From Candidatus Saccharimonadota bacterium (GTDB taxonomy: Archaea > Nanohalarchaeota > Nanosalinia > Nanosalinales > Nanosalinaceae), in assembly GCF_047555085.1 (NCBI RefSeq), contig NZ_CP180230.1, positions 450,001-482,000 of the forward strand: 32,000 nucleotides of DNA. Reading direction: 5' to 3'. Position numbers and translations under genes: made by a program. The notes below the pieces were generated by a model that saw nothing but the letters and a program-made list of their open reading frames with translations, had not been told where the DNA came from and ran no database searches. Positions 1-8,635 of this stretch are shown piece after piece (within the stretch, counting starts at the first letter, position 1; the number at the start of each line of letters is the position of its first letter).

Positions 1-1
1 C

Positions 2-193
2 AGAGGCTTCGGGGAAAGACTGGAGCAGAGCAGTAGCTCGCTCCGTCAGGAGATCGAAGGATATGATGAGGTATGGAAAAATTTTGTCGGAAATGAGGAT
101 ACCGTGTCAACTGCTGTAGAGCTACAGAGCCAGGGAGGAGAATGGTATGTGGAAGAAGTCCATGAATTCCCTGAGCTGGATGAAATAGTCTAG
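2..193 (+). CDS. 3' end of a CDS truncated by the window edge; hypothetical acidic protein (...EWYVEEVHEFPELDEIV*).
   Basis: The frame is open from position 2 to TAG at 191-193. Composition is acidic like the neighbouring genes. It converges on the SBDS gene with a 4-nt overlap. No recognisable motif. Confidence 0.4.
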   Translation, partial: RGFGERLEQSSSSLRQEIEGYDEVWKNFVGNEDTVSTAVELQSQGGEWYVEEVHEFPELDEIV

Positions 194-876
194 TACTCCT
201 TGACTTCAGCCTCTCCACCGGTGTACTCCTGTAGATCCTCCATTAACTCTGTAAGGACTCCTGCAGGAAGAGAAACTCTTGCAGTGAAGTAGTCGCTACC
301 CCAGTTTTCCTCTTTTATGTCAGCTACCTGCTGCAGCTTATCATAGGCCTTTCCAGTCTTATCGACAGGAATCCTGATGGCAACATCTTTTTCCTGAAGA
401 GAGATAGGGATAATCGGCTTAAGCAAATCCGTGGCCTCGTCGAAGGCCTCTTCAAGATCTGCATCCCAGTCAATGTGGAATCCGGCCTCCTCCAGAGCGT
501 TTTCAACACGGTTCGGAGGATGAGGATTTCCGGTCTGAGGATTCTGGGCGCGTCTTGCGATCATGTTGACAAGCTGCTTCCATTTATCCTCCCGTATCTC
601 TGCTTTCTGATCCGTTGTCAACTGCATCTCTCCTTTCTCGAAAACTTCTTCAGCGGCATCCAGCACCTGCTTTGTACCGAATTCCTGTTCAAGCTCATCG
701 GCAGAAGCTCTTTCACCTGCTCCTGCATCCTTGAACACTTCCTGTACAAAAAGAAGCCTCTGGATATCATGATCTTTACCTTCCATCTTTGTCTCTTTCG
801 CCAGATCAGGATCTACAAGTATCTCAAAATCTTTCCCATCAGAATAACTTATCTTTATCGCTTCCGAAGTTTCCAT
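190..876 (-). CDS. Ribosome maturation protein SBDS/Sdo1 family.
   Basis: The translation aligns along its whole length with my memory of archaeal SBDS: FEILVDPDLA, VFKDAGAGERAS, QLTTDQKAEIRE, NPQTGNPHPPNRVENALEEAG. The ORF track starts at 915, but the ATG at 876 (METSEAIKISY...) matches family N-termini better. Confidence 0.88.
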   Translation of the reverse strand: METSEAIKISYSDGKDFEILVDPDLAKETKMEGKDHDIQRLLFVQEVFKDAGAGERASADELEQEFGTKQVLDAAEEVFEKGEMQLTTDQKAEIREDKWKQLVNMIARRAQNPQTGNPHPPNRVENALEEAGFHIDWDADLEEAFDEATDLLKPIIPISLQEKDVAIRIPVDKTGKAYDKLQQVADIKEENWGSDYFTARVSLPAGVLTELMEDLQEYTGGEAEVKEY

Positions 877-951
877 ACCAGAAAACTGGAGGCCCAGTCT
901 TAAACAATTTTCCAAAAGATCGCAACGTAGTACTGACTTAATTAATTACAG

Positions 952-1635
952 CTACAGGAGGCCTGAGTCTGGGAGACTGTATCTATCCGTCTCCTCCATC
1001 CACTGAAAATTTTCGGCCTCTCCATCGTAGGCAAGGGCCTCGGCGATATCTACCTGGGCCTCTCCGAAGTCTTCAGGAGTATTCTGCCAGATATGATGTG
1101 TATCCGTGACTTCCACCTGACGGGCATCCAGACGTCCCTCCATGGTGTCGTCGTAGAATACCACGCCATCAGTTTCAGGCTCCAGTAAGCCCTCATAACT
1201 CTGCATACCGGCCGGTATATCAGATCCGACGAATGCTACTACATCGTTTCTATCCATGACTCCTGATTCAAGTGCGTATGATCCTCCGCAACAGTACCCA
1301 AATACTGCTGTTTCTCCATCAAGCATTTCAACGGCTTCCCGTATCTCATCGAAAATTATCTCCGGTGAAGTATTGAATACAGGCCCTTTCTCCCTGTCGA
1401 TAGCCTCATCACCAAGATTCAGTGTTACAAGAGCAGAGTCCGTACCTCTACCGCCAAGAGCCTCGATTATATGAGTTGTTGGATCATGCTCTACAGAAGT
1501 CGGGAAACCTCCGACCACGAGGCCTGTATCAAAGCTTCGGGCAGACTCGTTTTCGGATTCATAGAACAGAGTTTCCGGCTCTATAGTCTTTCCTTTATCG
1601 GCCTCGAAATCGTATCCTGTTTCATCATCCGCCAT
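952..1635 (-). CDS. Hypothetical acidic protein, possibly an alpha/beta-hydrolase of the dienelactone-hydrolase type.
   Basis: The FGYCCGGSYAL segment resembles the nucleophile elbow of dienelactone hydrolases. The ATG at 1635 (MADDETG) is preceded by a G-rich SD-like run. The ORF track's start at 1674 would overlap the upstream gene. Function call is weak. Confidence 0.55.
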   Translation of the reverse strand: MADDETGYDFEADKGKTIEPETLFYESENESARSFDTGLVVGGFPTSVEHDPTTHIIEALGGRGTDSALVTLNLGDEAIDREKGPVFNTSPEIIFDEIREAVEMLDGETAVFGYCCGGSYALESGVMDRNDVVAFVGSDIPAGMQSYEGLLEPETDGVVFYDDTMEGRLDARQVEVTDTHHIWQNTPEDFGEAQVDIAEALAYDGEAENFQWMEETDRYSLPDSGLL

Positions 1636-1670
1636 TCTGTTCCCCCCGTTTATTGGTGGAAATATTATCT

Positions 1671-3005
1671 TCACAAGTCGTTAAATAACTTGGAATCAAG
1701 ACTTTCCCTCAAAATATTTTTTATCTCTGAAGCATCACAAGCTGATCCAGAGGCCTCTATACCCGCTTCATCCAGAAGAAACTCAAGGAACTTTCTGTTG
1801 TTCAAACTGTCATGGATGTACGTGCCTCCGACGCCGGACTGATAAACTCCTTCATTCCCGTCTTCCAGACTGAACAGATTCTGATCCGGGACATCGGAGT
1901 TGCCGTAGTGGATCCTGTAACCGGTATATTTTTCACCTGAAAAACCGTATTTCACCTGCTCAAGATTTTTCTCATCTTCAAAAACCGTGTCAAAATCAAG
2001 CAGAGAAAGGCCTTTCTCCTCTCCTTCCTCGATTCCGTTTCCCTTTATCCTGTCTCCAAGCATCTGGAAACCGCCACAGATCCCGAAAACAACTTTTTCA
2101 GAGGCCTTTTCAACTATTTTTTCACTTATCTCTTTTTCCTTCATCCATCTCAAGTCTTTGACAGTGTTCTTTGAACCCGGCAAAATAATCAGTTCTGCGT
2201 TTTCAAGCTGTTCGGGATCTTCAACAAGACAGGTTTTCTGATCAGGCAAAAGCTGCAGATCAGAAGTATTCGAGATATGAGGATAATTGACAACTGCGAT
2301 CTCTCCACTGCCGTCAAAATCCGGTAAACCGTCCTCCCTGGGAAAATCCAGGCCCTGTATATAAGGGACTGTAACTGTCTCAGTCTCCGTAGAATCTGAG
2401 ATAAACTCTTCAGTCCTATCCACCCTGTAGGCCTCTCTACTGGCTTTATTCACTATATTCAATTCTATTTCGTGATCGACAAGTTCGTGAACGCCTTTAA
2501 TCGAGGCCTCTACACCGCCTTTCGAGATATCTCCGACAAGAACTATGTAAGGATTGACTTTTTCGATTAGATCCTGATTGGGATTGTTGCTTATGTTGGC
2601 GTTGATCATGCTTCCGAATCCTTCCCATACAACGTAGTCGAATCTCCTGTCCAGCTCGTCCATACACTCCTCGATGTAGCTATAACTTTCCCCGAGCTTC
2701 TCATCTATTTCACTGTACTTCACTTCTTCGACTCCTTTATCTGCTATGAACTCCGCTTTTTCCTCCATAGGCTTGACAAGTACCGGCCCCATAATTTTCT
2801 CCGGACTGATTTTTGATTTACGGGCCTGATGGAACGTGGAGTATCCGATCTCGGATGAATCTACGGGAAAAGAGTTGCGTGAAAAATTCACAGGCTTGAA
2901 CGGAGCCACACGTCCCTTCTCTGATAAAATATCTGTAATGGCTTCTGCGATAAGGGACTTTCCAACATCGGATTGAGTTCCCTGGACAGTAATCCATTCA
3001 GCCAT
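1671..3005 (-). CDS. cobQ: Cobyric acid synthase (CobQ/CbiP)-like glutamine amidotransferase.
   Basis: N-terminal nucleotide-binding motif ITVQGTQSDVGKS. C-terminal GATase motifs GICGGFQMLG, GYRIHYG and GTYIHD, typical of CobQ. At 444 aa it is somewhat short for the family. Confidence 0.8.
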   Translation of the reverse strand: MAEWITVQGTQSDVGKSLIAEAITDILSEKGRVAPFKPVNFSRNSFPVDSSEIGYSTFHQARKSKISPEKIMGPVLVKPMEEKAEFIADKGVEEVKYSEIDEKLGESYSYIEECMDELDRRFDYVVWEGFGSMINANISNNPNQDLIEKVNPYIVLVGDISKGGVEASIKGVHELVDHEIELNIVNKASREAYRVDRTEEFISDSTETETVTVPYIQGLDFPREDGLPDFDGSGEIAVVNYPHISNTSDLQLLPDQKTCLVEDPEQLENAELIILPGSKNTVKDLRWMKEKEISEKIVEKASEKVVFGICGGFQMLGDRIKGNGIEEGEEKGLSLLDFDTVFEDEKNLEQVKYGFSGEKYTGYRIHYGNSDVPDQNLFSLEDGNEGVYQSGVGGTYIHDSLNNRKFLEFLLDEAGIEASGSACDASEIKNILRESLDSKLFNDL

Positions 3006-3053
3006 GTATCAGAAAGTAAAAGAGAAATTAAAATAAGTTGGATAAGAGGATTT

Positions 3054-3758
3054 CTAGAGGCCTCTTTCCTCTAGATCTTCAGGAGTAACTCTCTCGAACT
3101 CCTCCTCTTCATCAACTGTAGAGAGCTCGATGTTCTCCGTCTCGATATCGTCCTCTCCCTCGTGAAGGGCCTCTACAGCAAGTTCAACTGCTTCGTCCTC
3201 TGAAAGATCCTCGCTCCAGTTCTCCTCAAGATGTTCGCGAGCATCTTCTCCGCCTTTTCCGATGGCGACAGCGTTCCACTGATTCAAGGTACCGGAAGGA
3301 TCAGTCTGGTAAACACTTGGCTCACCGTCTCTAACTCCTCCAGTTATAGTGGAGACTCCGTAAGGCCTTACGCCTCCGTACTGTGTGAACTGCTGGCATC
3401 TATCAGCAAGGAACTTTGAAAGAGAGAACACAGGAATATCCTCGTCATAAGTCATCAAATGCTTCTGGGCCTCATTCCGGGCCTCTTCAACAAGATTACG
3501 GCCGTCAGCTACAAGTCCTGAAGTAGCAACGCCGATATGGTCCTCAATCTTGAAGACTTTCTCAGGATTCCTTACTCCAAGAGTACTTGTAGTCCTCGTA
3601 GCTGCAAGAACAACTCCGTCCTCGTATACAACTCCTAGAGCTGTAGCACCTTTCTTGACAGCTTCTTTTGCGTACTCCACCTGGAACAAACGTCCATCAG
3701 GGGAGAAAATAGTTTTACCACGATCATACTGTGCCTGCTGCGGATTAGTCATCTGCAT
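3054..3758 (-). CDS. psmA: Proteasome subunit alpha.
   Basis: YDRGKTIFSPDGRLFQVEYAKEAVKKG is the hallmark N-terminal segment of archaeal 20S alpha subunits. It also has GVRPYGVS, an acidic C-terminal tail, and an SD-like GGTGAT 9 nt upstream of the ATG. Confidence 0.95.
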   Translation of the reverse strand: MQMTNPQQAQYDRGKTIFSPDGRLFQVEYAKEAVKKGATALGVVYEDGVVLAATRTTSTLGVRNPEKVFKIEDHIGVATSGLVADGRNLVEEARNEAQKHLMTYDEDIPVFSLSKFLADRCQQFTQYGGVRPYGVSTITGGVRDGEPSVYQTDPSGTLNQWNAVAIGKGGEDAREHLEENWSEDLSEDEAVELAVEALHEGEDDIETENIELSTVDEEEEFERVTPEDLEERGL

Positions 3759-3767
3759 TATTCATTA

Positions 3768-3773
3768 ATCACC
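3768..3773 (-). promoter_or_regulatory. Shine-Dalgarno-like GGTGAT upstream of psmA.
   Basis: The minus strand reads aaaGGTGATtaatgaataATG. This is complementary to the conserved 3' end of 16S rRNA, and the spacing to the ATG is 9 nt. Confidence 0.45.
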
Positions 3774-3982
3774 TTTTATTCAGTCCAAGAAATCTTTACA
3801 AGAAACAAGTTCTTCTCGAAGATTTATTAACCTGACGAGGATTCAAAAAGTAATCACTAACACTTTTTCCACAAAGGCCTTCAAATAAAAACTTTTGAAC
3901 ACGGAGAAACACTTGAGGCCTGTAAAGGTTTTTTAATTTACGCAGAGATTCACATTACACAGAAAGAAAAAATTCCATATCT

Positions 3983-4136
3983 GCTCCACTAGCTCAGGGG
4001 TTAGAGCACCGTCCTTATACGGACCTCACACAGAAAAACGTGCCGCAAGGCCTGTGTGTTGCCTTTACTCAAAAATCCAGCTCAGCTGGTGTCTTAAGCT
4101 AGGCGGCGGTCCCGGGTTCGAATCCCGGGTGGAGCA
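3983..4136 (+). tRNA. tRNA-Ile, anticodon UAU, with an 81-nt intron (4020-4100) at the canonical 37/38 position. CCA is not encoded.
   Basis: - Folded by hand.
- Acceptor stem: GCTCCAC/GTGGAGC, 7 perfect base pairs.
- D arm: GCTC-AGGGGTTA-GAGC.
- Anticodon stem: CCGTC (4009-4013) with GGCGG (4102-4106).
- Anticodon loop: C-T-TAT-A | intron | A.
- T arm: CCGGG-TTCGAAT-CCCGG.
- Discriminator: A.
- Bulge-helix-bulge: 4-bp helix CTTA (4014-4017) with TAAG (4095-4098), flanked by 3-nt bulges TAC (4018-4020) and CTA (4099-4101).
- Outer helix: GGAC (4021-4024) with GTCT (4091-4094). Confidence 0.82.
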
Positions 4137-4163
4137 ACTGGTTACGCTCGGTTGACACGCAAC

Positions 4164-4198
4164 AAGCCACGCTTCGGTGGCTTTCAGGAAATTTTTTT
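4164..4198 (+). terminator. Hairpin plus oligo-T tract downstream of the tRNA.
   Basis: AAGCCAC (4164-4170) pairs perfectly with GTGGCTT (4177-4183). A T7 run follows at about 4192-4198. Archaeal termination typically uses oligo-T. Confidence 0.45.
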
Positions 4199-4343
4199 GA
4201 TTAAATTATTTTGATTATGAATTAGTTGAGAATAATTTTTTATTGTATTAAACTAGTCCTGTGGAATTTTTCCCTACAGCGAAGCTTCTGAATCTTTCTT
4301 TTCGAGTCGTCATTTGCCGTCTCTTTTGACTACACTCATTGAT

Positions 4344-5120
4344 TTATTTCCTCTCTTCGTCTTCCATATGTGTTTTGTATATTTTTAGAAATTCTTCTCC
4401 ATTGATTAGTTTGACATTCAGGTCTTGAGCTCTCCGTTCTGCTGGTTTAGTGAATGAACTAGTTGTTATTATGAGAACTTGATCTACATTGTCCTCTTGG
4501 TCTTTAAGACTATAATACTGCTGTATTTCTTTACTTCCAACTTTATTGCCCGCAGAGTATCTTTTGGCTTGAATTAGAATCTTCTGATAATATGGATGTT
4601 GTTTTTCTGCCACAATATCAATACCGCGATCATTACTTGACCTAGTAACCTGTGTTTCCCAACCTCTTTCTGACCAAACATTCCCTACTATCTCTTCAAA
4701 TTCATATTCGTTTATTCCTCTTAAATTCGAAATTGTCATTTTTCCATTTTCATCTTCCTTGGAAACTATTTCTCCAAAGTCATTCGCAGCCTCCTCTAGA
4801 TCAATATCTGGAGCTTTTGGCATCATTTTTTCAAGGTCCGGAGAATTAAATTGATCAGCCTCACGGTCTTCTAGAGATGTTTTAGACCAGCTGAAAGCTT
4901 TTCTCAAACCTTGTTCATGAGCTATCTGTTTAAATCTGAGGACGAAGTAAAGTGTACTCAATATAGCGGCTGAGCCTACAATACCATAGAAACTGTTCAT
5001 ATCTGTATTGAAATCCATGGAGAAGAACAGGCCTGTGGTAAAAATTATGACGAACAAATGTCCTACTGGAGGAATTTCTCTTAAATTTAGATTATCCTCC
5101 TCAACGTCTCTTTGCGTCAT
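4344..5120 (-). CDS. Membrane-anchored Mrr-type (Mrr_cat) restriction endonuclease-like protein.
   Basis: Two N-terminal hydrophobic helices (HLFVIIFTTGLFF, GIVGSAAILSTLYFVL). The C-terminal domain has FEEIVGNVWSERGWE...RGIDIVAEK...ILIQAKRY...VGSKEIQQ...LIITTSSFTKPA, the D...(Q/E)xK core signature of Mrr_cat (PF04471). Confidence 0.82.
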   Translation of the reverse strand: MTQRDVEEDNLNLREIPPVGHLFVIIFTTGLFFSMDFNTDMNSFYGIVGSAAILSTLYFVLRFKQIAHEQGLRKAFSWSKTSLEDREADQFNSPDLEKMMPKAPDIDLEEAANDFGEIVSKEDENGKMTISNLRGINEYEFEEIVGNVWSERGWETQVTRSSNDRGIDIVAEKQHPYYQKILIQAKRYSAGNKVGSKEIQQYYSLKDQEDNVDQVLIITTSSFTKPAERRAQDLNVKLINGEEFLKIYKTHMEDEERK

Positions 5121-5311
5121 AAAAACTGTTTATTGAGCAGTTTTATAATATTTCAAAAGGTCAATAGTTTACGGACTTGTCTACGTACCCGTGTAATGAC
5201 TGCTGTTTTCTTCCTAACTTATAATTTCAAAAGTTCTGTGGCTTGCGAAAATTTCTGTCGAGGCCTCTTTTGAATCGTCAGTTATTTTAATTTGAACTGT
5301 GTATTGTAGAT

Positions 5312-5971
5312 GTGAGTCTTGATGAGGGATCAGGAAGTCGTCGAGATGCTCTTGGCGAGCTAAACATGAGGGCGGAGACTATTCACCGTGAGTTACAGTC
5401 TGCAGGTGCGCCACGTTATCCTTCAACTACTGTAAATATTATGGATGTCCAGGATAGGCGTGAGATCGGTGAATACCTGTGTAGAGAAGTTGGACATGAC
5501 TATGCAAGTTCTCTGTATCTTATTGATAATATCGGGATGATTTACAGGGAAGATCAGGATAGATATCTTGTCACTGATACTTTTCTTGATTCAGAGGATT
5601 CTTCTGAGTCGGAGGCCTTGCTTCCCCATGAGATGGGCCACAGATTTGGCAGGAAAGTTGTTGAAGATGAACTGAGGCCTGTAAGGGGAGCGCAGAATGT
5701 TTCGGATGAGGCCTTGTCCAAGCTTGTTCATTATCTTCTTTCTGAAAACTTTGCTGAGCGTTTCAAGGTGGCTACAGGTGAGACTTTCGGCGAAGACCTG
5801 CATTATGATCTTGAGTTTATTGAAAACGCGCAGAAAGGGTACATGATGAAGGATCGAGTTGCTCCAGAAGAGCTAGTTGATCCCGGCAGAAGCGAAGATC
5901 TTGTGGAGCTTGTGGAGGATATTGAAGGTCTTGTAGAGGATGTTTCACGGGGCGTAGAGGACTGGAACTGA
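5312..5971 (+). CDS. Hypothetical acidic protein with an HExxH zinc-peptidase-like motif (LPHEMGHRFG).
   Basis: ORF with a GTG start. The HEMGH motif is the only recognisable element. A T-rich tract follows the stop codon (about 5994-6001). Confidence 0.55.
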   Translation: MSLDEGSGSRRDALGELNMRAETIHRELQSAGAPRYPSTTVNIMDVQDRREIGEYLCREVGHDYASSLYLIDNIGMIYREDQDRYLVTDTFLDSEDSSESEALLPHEMGHRFGRKVVEDELRPVRGAQNVSDEALSKLVHYLLSENFAERFKVATGETFGEDLHYDLEFIENAQKGYMMKDRVAPEELVDPGRSEDLVELVEDIEGLVEDVSRGVEDWN

Positions 5972-6026
5972 AGTAAAGATTTCCTAGGCAGGCTTTTTTT
6001 CAACAGTAGTTGAACAAAAACTCTCT

Positions 6027-6383
6027 GTGGGATTGATTGACTCGCTTTTCGGCCTTGCAGTTGGATTTCTGACAGGGACGTTAGGCCTTTTCATCGGTGC
6101 ATCCTATGCGGGCGTCGGTGCAGGCCTTGAGACTGCAGCTGTAACTGCACTGGCAGGAGCGCTTGTATGGGCAGTTGTAGGCCTTTTCGCAGGATGGATT
6201 CCCTTGATCGGTTCGATTGCAACTTTTATTGTCTGGCTTATCGTGGTGACACAGACTTACGGTGTAGGCCTCTCAACAGCTTTCAAGGTAGCAGTCTTCG
6301 CCTGGGTAGCATCTCTGATCGTCACGAAGCTTGAATCAGTCTTCGGTATCAGAGCCAGAGCGGTAGGAGTTCCAGGAGCATAG
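6027..6383 (+). CDS. Small integral membrane protein (3-4 predicted TM helices).
   Basis: G/A/V/L-rich hydrophobic segments run throughout. GTG start. No family recognised. Confidence 0.55.
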   Translation: MGLIDSLFGLAVGFLTGTLGLFIGASYAGVGAGLETAAVTALAGALVWAVVGLFAGWIPLIGSIATFIVWLIVVTQTYGVGLSTAFKVAVFAWVASLIVTKLESVFGIRARAVGVPGA

Positions 6384-6411
6384 AAAAATATTATCCTCCA
6401 TCATTCTGTTT

Positions 6412-6630
6412 ATGGAGGCTCTCAGTACTTTACTGGATTCGTTCAAGAGAGCAAGTCTGAAGCTGCTGGCTACTTTTGGAATGGTGTTCGCGTTTATAGG
6501 TGTTTTCTACGTGAAGCAGGAGACACGTTTCCTCAATTTTATACCGGATGATCCTGTCGTCTTCGTGATCGCTGTGATGATAGTTCTGGAGATCGTTACT
6601 TTCTCTGTTCTCGCCTATGATCGCCTGTAG
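6412..6630 (+). CDS. Small membrane protein (2 predicted TM helices).
   Basis: Hydrophobic stretches LLATFGMVFAFIGVFYV and VVFVIAVMIVLEIVTFSVLA. ATG start. Confidence 0.5.
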   Translation: MEALSTLLDSFKRASLKLLATFGMVFAFIGVFYVKQETRFLNFIPDDPVVFVIAVMIVLEIVTFSVLAYDRL

Positions 6631-6672
6631 AAAATTTTTCTGTTAGTTTTATTGCGAACATTGTCTGTACTC

Positions 6673-6679
6673 TATTTAA
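6673..6679 (+). promoter_or_regulatory. TATA-box-like element (TATTTAA) about 28 nt upstream of the ATG at 6704; suggests a leaderless transcript.
   Basis: An A/T hexamer resembling the archaeal TATA consensus, at the distance expected if transcription starts at or near the start codon. No SD is visible. Confidence 0.35.
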
Positions 6680-6703
6680 GCAAGGCCTTCCCTTTTTCCA
6701 GTT

Positions 6704-8557
6704 ATGAGAGATTATCTGATTTTTGCACTGGCGACAGCTTTCATAGCAACAGGCTCTATGCTTTACATGACTGAAAATCCTTCACAGAATAATTCAGGCC
6801 TCCAGAAATTCAGTTCAGAGGCCGAGTACAGGGAGTTCGTCTCCTCCTCGGGAAATGATCTTGTAGGCAATCCGGCGGAGGCCCTGGATCGTTCGACATC
6901 TAATTTTGCCGGAGGTGACGGAGGATCGACAGTTGAAAGATCTTCTGATACGAATATACAGACTTTGGGAGTCGACGAGCCGGATATGCTGAAGAATGCC
7001 GGTGACAAGATTTTCTACTCGCCGGAGAGAAACTATTTCTACGGATATAATCCTTTGGGGCCTAATACATCTGTTTTTTCCACTTTGCCGGCTGAGAATT
7101 TTTCCGAGATCGATGAGTTAGAGGCCTCCGGTAGAATGTTCCTGACGAATAATAGTGTTATCTCGCTTGGACAGAATATCTCGGCTTTCGACAGGGAGAC
7201 TCATGAACTGCTTTGGGAGGAGGAGTTGAACTCAAGTATTGAATCTGCAAGAAAAATCAATGACAGCCTCTACTTTGTACTGGCTAAAAACGCAGGTGGT
7301 CCATGTCCTGTAAGGCCTCTTTCATCAAGGATTATGCCTTGTACAACTTTCTATCATCCTGGATCAGGTAGTGCTGATACCACTTATTCGCTTGTTGAGA
7401 TGGATGCATCCTCAGGTGAGGTTCTGAACACTAACGGATTTGTTGGAAAGAGAAGCAACAGTGTAACTTATGTCTCTGATCAGGCGATCTATCTGACTTA
7501 CAGTGAGGAGGCCTCGAGGACTGATTTGATGGTGGAGTTCCTGAACGCTGAAGGCGACAGGTATCTGGACAGCGAGACTATGGAAAGGATTGAAGAGCTA
7601 CAGTCCTATGATTTAAGTGAGAGTTCTCTTCAGACCGAGATCAATAGAGCGATCGAGAAGTATTTCTCAGGCCTTGAGAAAGAAGAACGTGAAGAGGCCA
7701 GTCAGGCGCTTGAGAACGGTTTCGGGAACTATACTGATGACAGGAAAAGGGAGTTGAGTACCACAAGTATCGCAAAGTTTGATCTTGATCTCGAGCTTGT
7801 CGCCGAGGGAGAAGTTCCCGGCACTGTCAACGACAGATTTTCACTGGATGAATCTGATTCAGGCCTCAGGATAGCGACTACTGTAGGAAGCTCGTGGCAG
7901 TTTGATGTTGAGTCTGAAAACGATCTTTACAGTTTAGATGAGGATCTTGAAGTGCTTGGCTCTGTACAGGGGATGGGCCTCAACGAGAGGATTTACTCTG
8001 CAAGATTTATCGATGACAAGGCCTACATTGTTACTTTCAGAAGGGTTGATCCTTTCCATGTAATCGATCTCAGTGATCCCGAGAATCCTTCTCTAGAGGG
8101 AGAGTTGAAGCTTCCAGGATTTTCCTCTTATCTGCATCCTCTTCAGGAGAATCGTATTCTCGGAATCGGCGAGGAGAACGGTTCTGTAAAGGCCGTGATC
8201 TTCGATGTCGAGGACGATGATCCTGAAGTAGTTGACTCGATGATACTGGATGATTATTACTCGGAGATCTCCAGTTCCCATCACGCTTTCCAGATTGACA
8301 GAGAGAACGAGGTGTTTTTCCTGCCTGGAAGCGAAGGGGGACACTTCTTCTCATACAGTGAAGGCCTTGAAGAAGTGATGCAGGTTGAAATGACTGATGT
8401 GAAGCGTGCAGCATTCGTCAATCAGAACTTCTACGTGTTCAACAGCACTCATGCATCCGTCGTGGACATAGAAACATGGGACACAGTCAAGGAAATCCAG
8501 TTCAGGGAATCTTACGTTCCCAAGCCTGTTCCGCTTCCAGGGCCTGTAGTACGTTAA
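6704..8557 (+). CDS. Secreted or membrane-anchored protein with a C-terminal beta-propeller domain (COG4880 / Beta_propel family).
   Basis: N-terminal TM/signal anchor YLIFALATAFIATGSMLYM. The segment YSARFIDDKAYIVTFRRVDPFHVIDLSDPENPSLEGELKLPGFSSYLHPL matches the conserved core of the Beta_propel family as I recall it. Confidence 0.72.
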   Translation: MRDYLIFALATAFIATGSMLYMTENPSQNNSGLQKFSSEAEYREFVSSSGNDLVGNPAEALDRSTSNFAGGDGGSTVERSSDTNIQTLGVDEPDMLKNAGDKIFYSPERNYFYGYNPLGPNTSVFSTLPAENFSEIDELEASGRMFLTNNSVISLGQNISAFDRETHELLWEEELNSSIESARKINDSLYFVLAKNAGGPCPVRPLSSRIMPCTTFYHPGSGSADTTYSLVEMDASSGEVLNTNGFVGKRSNSVTYVSDQAIYLTYSEEASRTDLMVEFLNAEGDRYLDSETMERIEELQSYDLSESSLQTEINRAIEKYFSGLEKEEREEASQALENGFGNYTDDRKRELSTTSIAKFDLDLELVAEGEVPGTVNDRFSLDESDSGLRIATTVGSSWQFDVESENDLYSLDEDLEVLGSVQGMGLNERIYSARFIDDKAYIVTFRRVDPFHVIDLSDPENPSLEGELKLPGFSSYLHPLQENRILGIGEENGSVKAVIFDVEDDDPEVVDSMILDDYYSEISSSHHAFQIDRENEVFFLPGSEGGHFFSYSEGLEEVMQVEMTDVKRAAFVNQNFYVFNSTHASVVDIETWDTVKEIQFRESYVPKPVPLPGPVVR

Positions 8558-8635
8558 AGGCCCGTCATACACTTTTTCTTTTCCCTTTCCTTTCTCCCGG
8601 ATACCGATTTAACTTTTCTCCGTTAAACTGATTTC

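Noticed and set aside
475-903. 142-aa ORF on the plus strand, inside the SBDS gene region.
   Set aside because: It is antisense to a confidently identified SBDS homologue. Its composition is low-complexity and L/F/S/C-rich, unlike the acidic proteome. It is a typical shadow ORF.
4137-5311. A complete integrated mobile element at the tRNA, with att repeats and an integrase.
   Set aside because: I found no integrase or transposase ORF and no direct repeat of the tRNA 3' end (GGTTCGAATCCCGGG...) downstream. Only a compositionally odd single-gene insert can be supported.
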